Of a stretch of 32,000 bases of DNA, positions 31,773 through 32,000 are shown piece after piece. The stretch's first letter is position 1. Every line of letters begins with the position of its first letter. The notes below the pieces were generated by a model. That model saw only the letters and a list, made by a program, of their open reading frames with translations, searched no databases and was not told the origin of the DNA. The DNA is taken from NCBI RefSeq assembly GCF_000017945.1, contig NC_009776.1, positions 930,001 to 962,000 on the forward strand. Direction: 5' to 3'. The stretch is from Ignicoccus hospitalis KIN4/I. GTDB taxonomy: Archaea > Thermoproteota > Thermoprotei_A > Sulfolobales > Ignicoccaceae. A program made the translations under genes and the position numbers.

Positions 31773-32000
31773 GTGGACGTGCTCTCCTTGGTTAAGGCTT
31801 ACGGGCCCGAGGAGCTGGCCTCCCGGATAGACCAGACCCTCTTGGTCTCCACCTACGAGCAAGCCAAGGCCTTCGCCGAAAGGTCCTCTAAGTACCCCTT
31901 TAGGTCCTTAGTGGGCTTTCCCAGGGCGGTGAGGGCCTTCAAGGAGGTCTGGAAGGGTAGGACTTGCGCGGTCGTCAACTTCCCCTTCGGCGAGTCCCCG
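31773..32000 (+). CDS. deoC: deoxyribose-phosphate aldolase (DeoC family), 5' part; runs off the right edge
   Basis: A GTG at 31773 (or 31779) opens the frame VDVLSLVKAYGPEELASRIDQTLLVSTYEQAKAFAERSSKYPFRSLVGFPRAVRAFKEVWKGRTCAVVNFPFGESP. The IDxTLL ... NFP.G pattern is typical of DeoC. Confidence 0.7.
   Translation, partial: MDVLSLVKAYGPEELASRIDQTLLVSTYEQAKAFAERSSKYPFRSLVGFPRAVRAFKEVWKGRTCAVVNFPFGESP

Overview
GC-rich archaeal chromosome segment. The gene content and style look like a hyperthermophilic crenarchaeon, possibly Desulfurococcales-like, but that is inference only. The supporting signs are TopoVI-A, Sec61-beta, short-form XPF, Taw3, a NOG1-type GTPase, many GTG/TTG starts and 4-nt start/stop overlaps.

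Bases 1-19.3 kb are tightly packed housekeeping genes: PHP phosphoesterase, SRP54, NOG1 GTPase, taw3, top6A, nnr, a fused 3-hydroxyacyl-CoA dehydrogenase/enoyl-CoA hydratase, ksgA, DUF655, secG, xpf, icd and a THEP1-type NTPase. A tRNA-Thr(GGU) lies at 19437-19512.

Composition drops sharply right after the tRNA: 20521-20580 has 16/60 G+C, against 36/60 at 3001-3060. This accessory stretch (about 19.5-27.3 kb) holds:
- two putative toxin-antitoxin pairs (RelE-like with an upstream antitoxin; DUF433 with DUF5615);
- decayed gene fragments and a tRNA-3'-half-like remnant next to a C/G homopolymer tract;
- a CRISPR-Cas locus.

The CRISPR-Cas locus has two arrays with unrelated repeats. Array 1 has 7 repeats of 26 nt, decaying toward cas6. 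Array 2 has 24 repeats of 24 nt and 23 spacers. Between them are only cas6, a truncated cas4, a truncated HD (Cas3''-like) ORF and cas1. No cas2 or interference genes are visible in the window. Array 2 carries three consecutive identical repeat-spacer units.

The right end returns to core genes: a 526-aa membrane protein, a translationally coupled four-subunit 2-oxoacid:ferredoxin oxidoreductase operon, and the start of deoC.

All calls come from motif reading of the supplied translations and the DNA. No database search was possible.
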